Shown here: positions 18,301-20,154 of the stretch, piece after piece | Numbering within the stretch: the first letter of the stretch is position 1 | Layout: each line of letters starts with the position of its first letter | From: an uncultured virus (IMG/VR IMGVR_UViG_2061766007_000169) | Lineage: Duplodnaviria > Heunggongvirae > Uroviricota > Caudoviricetes | IMG/VR virus record: IMGVR_UViG_2061766007_000169 | DNA length: 20,154 nt | Strand: one strand, 5' to 3' | Translations under genes and position numbers: made by a program | Notes under the pieces: generated by a model | What the model was told of the DNA's origin: nothing | The model's input: only the letters and a program-made list of their open reading frames with translations | Databases searched by the model: none

Positions 18301-19920
18301 GCAAGGGGCTGCGACGAACGCAGCAGGCCAATACGGTGTTTCTGCGGATAGTATAGCAAACACCGAGCAGAAAGTCAATACGCAAAATTCTGCACAGGGC
18401 AGAGCGAGTGTCGAGACAGCAGCGGCTGGCGGCTTCTCTGCATGGGTAAATAGTCTGAAGACAACTCCAACCGCAGAAGATTTCAGAAGCTACTTTGAAT
18501 CTCATCCATCCGATATTAACTTCCTGCGTGAGTATGCTGTTAATAGCGTCCGTGACAAGCGGACCGGCAACAAGAGTAAGACAGCATTTAAGAAATTCGT
18601 AAAGGCTCTTGATCCCAAAGCGATGGCAACTCTGTCTAGCTTTGGTGTATGGAAGAATTACGTTGAGGGCTCTGCTGTTAATCTTCCGTGGTATATTTCA
18701 GACCACAATGACACATGGTACAAGAGTTGTGCAAGGGAATTTAACGATATCCTGGATGAAGCTATTAAGTCCTACCTTAATAAAGACTCCGCAACAGAGG
18801 ACACGGCTCTTACGGATCAGGAGATCGAGAAGCTGAGACCAGATCTTGTTAATGCCATCAGTGCTATTCAGGACAGAGACAGCAATGGGAAGCTTCTTGA
18901 TGAGAAGCTGTTCGATAAGACTCTTGAGTCTCTTCAGTGGCTTTATAAAAATAGTCCGCAGCTGAACTATTTGACCAGACTTGCAAACGCTACATCTGAT
19001 GCTCAGAAGAAAACAATACGTACAGAACTTGAAAAGATGCTGTCCGGTATTGATGACAGGCAGGCTCTGCGGTATATGAGTGCGTACAGTAAGTATGCTA
19101 CTCCGGCTTTTGTCGGGAGAGACTATAAGCAAATCCAGAAAGAGAAGTCTGCACAGAGACTGTTCGCCAATACGATTGAAGCCAGACGGGATGCTATAAA
19201 CAAAGAGGCCGGTCTGAGTACAAATGTAGGTCTTGAAGTGCGCGAGTACAGCATCAATGAAATGAGAGATCTGTTTGATCAGCTTAACACAGAGCCGGAT
19301 CTTACCGCTCTCGCAGATAAAGTATTCCCAGTTGTCGAGAAACTCGGTCTTACTATCCGTGGCGCACAGGCGAAAAATTTCGGTTCCGGTGCGATTGGTC
19401 AGGCTTATGGATCAGTTGTAGAATACAACACCGCTAAGTTTAACGGCCTTGGGGATACAGATCAGTATAAGGCAACCGCCATTCTGCATGAACTTATTCA
19501 TGGCGCTACATCCTACGCTCTGTATGCGGATGAATATCCGGGATGGGGTATTAAGCTTTCTCAAAATATGAGAGACGCAATCAGAGAAATCCGCGCTGTA
19601 CATAGAGAAGTGAGATACGATGAGAAGCTTTCCAATATGTATGGTGCTACGGATGAGCATGAGATGCTGGCAGAACTTTCCAATCCTAAGTTCAGAGACG
19701 CCTTGGAAAAGAAATCTCTGTGGGATAAGATCGTTGATGCTTTCAAGAAATTCTTCGGCATTGAAACGAAGAACGCTCTTGATGCGGCTTCAGCCGGACT
19801 TGATTATCTCCTTGACAACTTCGACTACGATGCCTACCTGAGATATGCGGATGTCCAGAACACTGCACATGGCGAGTCCTATCGTCTGACGGACAGAGCG
19901 AGAGACGCTGTCCATGAAGC
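15308..19920 (+). CDS. Giant polyvalent protein, part 2 (rest of the GP88-like region, ART-PolyVal-like domain, LPD3/BECR-like domain, second HExxH zincin)
   Basis: Begins by repeating HTYTKVLARAELFGLT of part 1. FADSKVRD...MYHG...YFMT...VYANLTNP...GYDGVI...FEQNQVK spans ~16510-17743; DGKYYLYDV lies near 18225-18250; HELIH at 19487-19501 with HEMLAE at 19658. Confidence 0.85.
18255..18343 (-). ncRNA. Putative ~90-nt antisense small RNA forming a three-way junction
   Basis: 16-bp closing stem (18342-18327 with 18279-18264) containing four G-U pairs that form only on the minus strand. Two internal hairpins and a U-rich 3' tail. Starts about 6 nt after a -10 box. Confidence 0.7.
18350..18378 (-). 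promoter_or_regulatory. Internal antisense sigma-A promoter
   Basis: Minus strand: TTGACT (18378-18373), 17 nt ending in TG-c, then TATACT (18355-18350). Confidence 0.75.
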
Positions 19921-19930
19921 NNNNNNNNNN
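19921..19930. other. Scaffold gap with duplicated flanks
   Basis: 19801-19920 is repeated as 19931-20050 (offset 130). The last 50 bp are identical; the rest differs at a few positions. Confidence 0.95.
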
Positions 19931-19931
19931 C

Positions 19932-20154
19932 GACTATCTCCTTGACAACTTTGACTACGATGCCTACTTGAGATATGCTGATGTCCAGAACACCGCACAC
20001 GGCGAGTCCTATCGTCTGACGGACAGAGCGAGAGACGCTGTCCATGAAGCGCGTTATCCCAATATGGTAAAACTGTGGGATGGCTCGTGGATTGACAGAG
20101 ACTACGCTACCTGGAATGAAGAAGACCAGATATGGGAAGAGAAAGAACAGAAGA
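19932..20154 (+). CDS. Giant polyvalent protein, part 3; open at the window end
   Basis: DYLLDNFDYDAYLRY...HEARYPNMVKLWDGSWIDRDYATWNEEDQIWEEKEQK, with no stop before base 20154. Confidence 0.8.

Larger units (their letters stand above)
1..20154 (+). mobile_element. Phage/prophage late region (tail appendage genes, recombinase switch region, lysis genes, giant virion-type polyvalent protein)
   Basis: Endolysin plus holin-like genes, a glycine-rich fibre-like gene, a tyrosine recombinase and a giant multi-domain protein, nearly all on the + strand. No bacterial housekeeping genes are present. Confidence 0.9.

Noticed and set aside
19801..20050. Near-identical repeat pair considered as a diversity-generating retroelement TR/VR
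   Set aside because: Differences are silent and mostly C/T rather than adenine-specific, the copies flank an assembly gap, and no reverse transcriptase is in the window.

Overview
Segment of a tailed phage or prophage, probably of a Firmicutes/Clostridia host (inferred from gene families and strong GGAGG ribosome-binding sites). Left to right it contains: the 3' part of an SGNH-esterase gene (probably tail-associated); an AT-rich switch region with three degenerate 17-bp direct repeats, an RHH gene, a Cro/C1-type HTH gene and a divergent Xer-like tyrosine recombinase; a glycine-rich tail-fibre-like gene; a lysis cluster (tail-lysozyme-type endolysin with a peptidoglycan-binding domain, two holin-like genes, several coupled mini-ORFs); a 388-aa coiled-coil virion-like protein; and one giant polyvalent protein gene of more than 4,200 codons. 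The giant gene is open at the window end and is broken only by two scaffold gaps with duplicated flanks. It carries two HExxH zincin motifs, a GP88/radical-SAM-like region, an ART-PolyVal-like domain and an LPD3/BECR-like domain. The main novelties are (i) a ~90-nt three-way-junction antisense RNA with its own near-consensus sigma-A promoter, lying right after the nuclease-like domain of the giant gene, (ii) a nested out-of-frame 60-aa gene with its own promoter and RBS just before the first peptidase domain, and (iii) recombinase-associated repeat sites and an inverted-repeat-flanked promoter suggesting a shufflon or cassette system at the tail locus. All domain calls are by eye; no searches were run.
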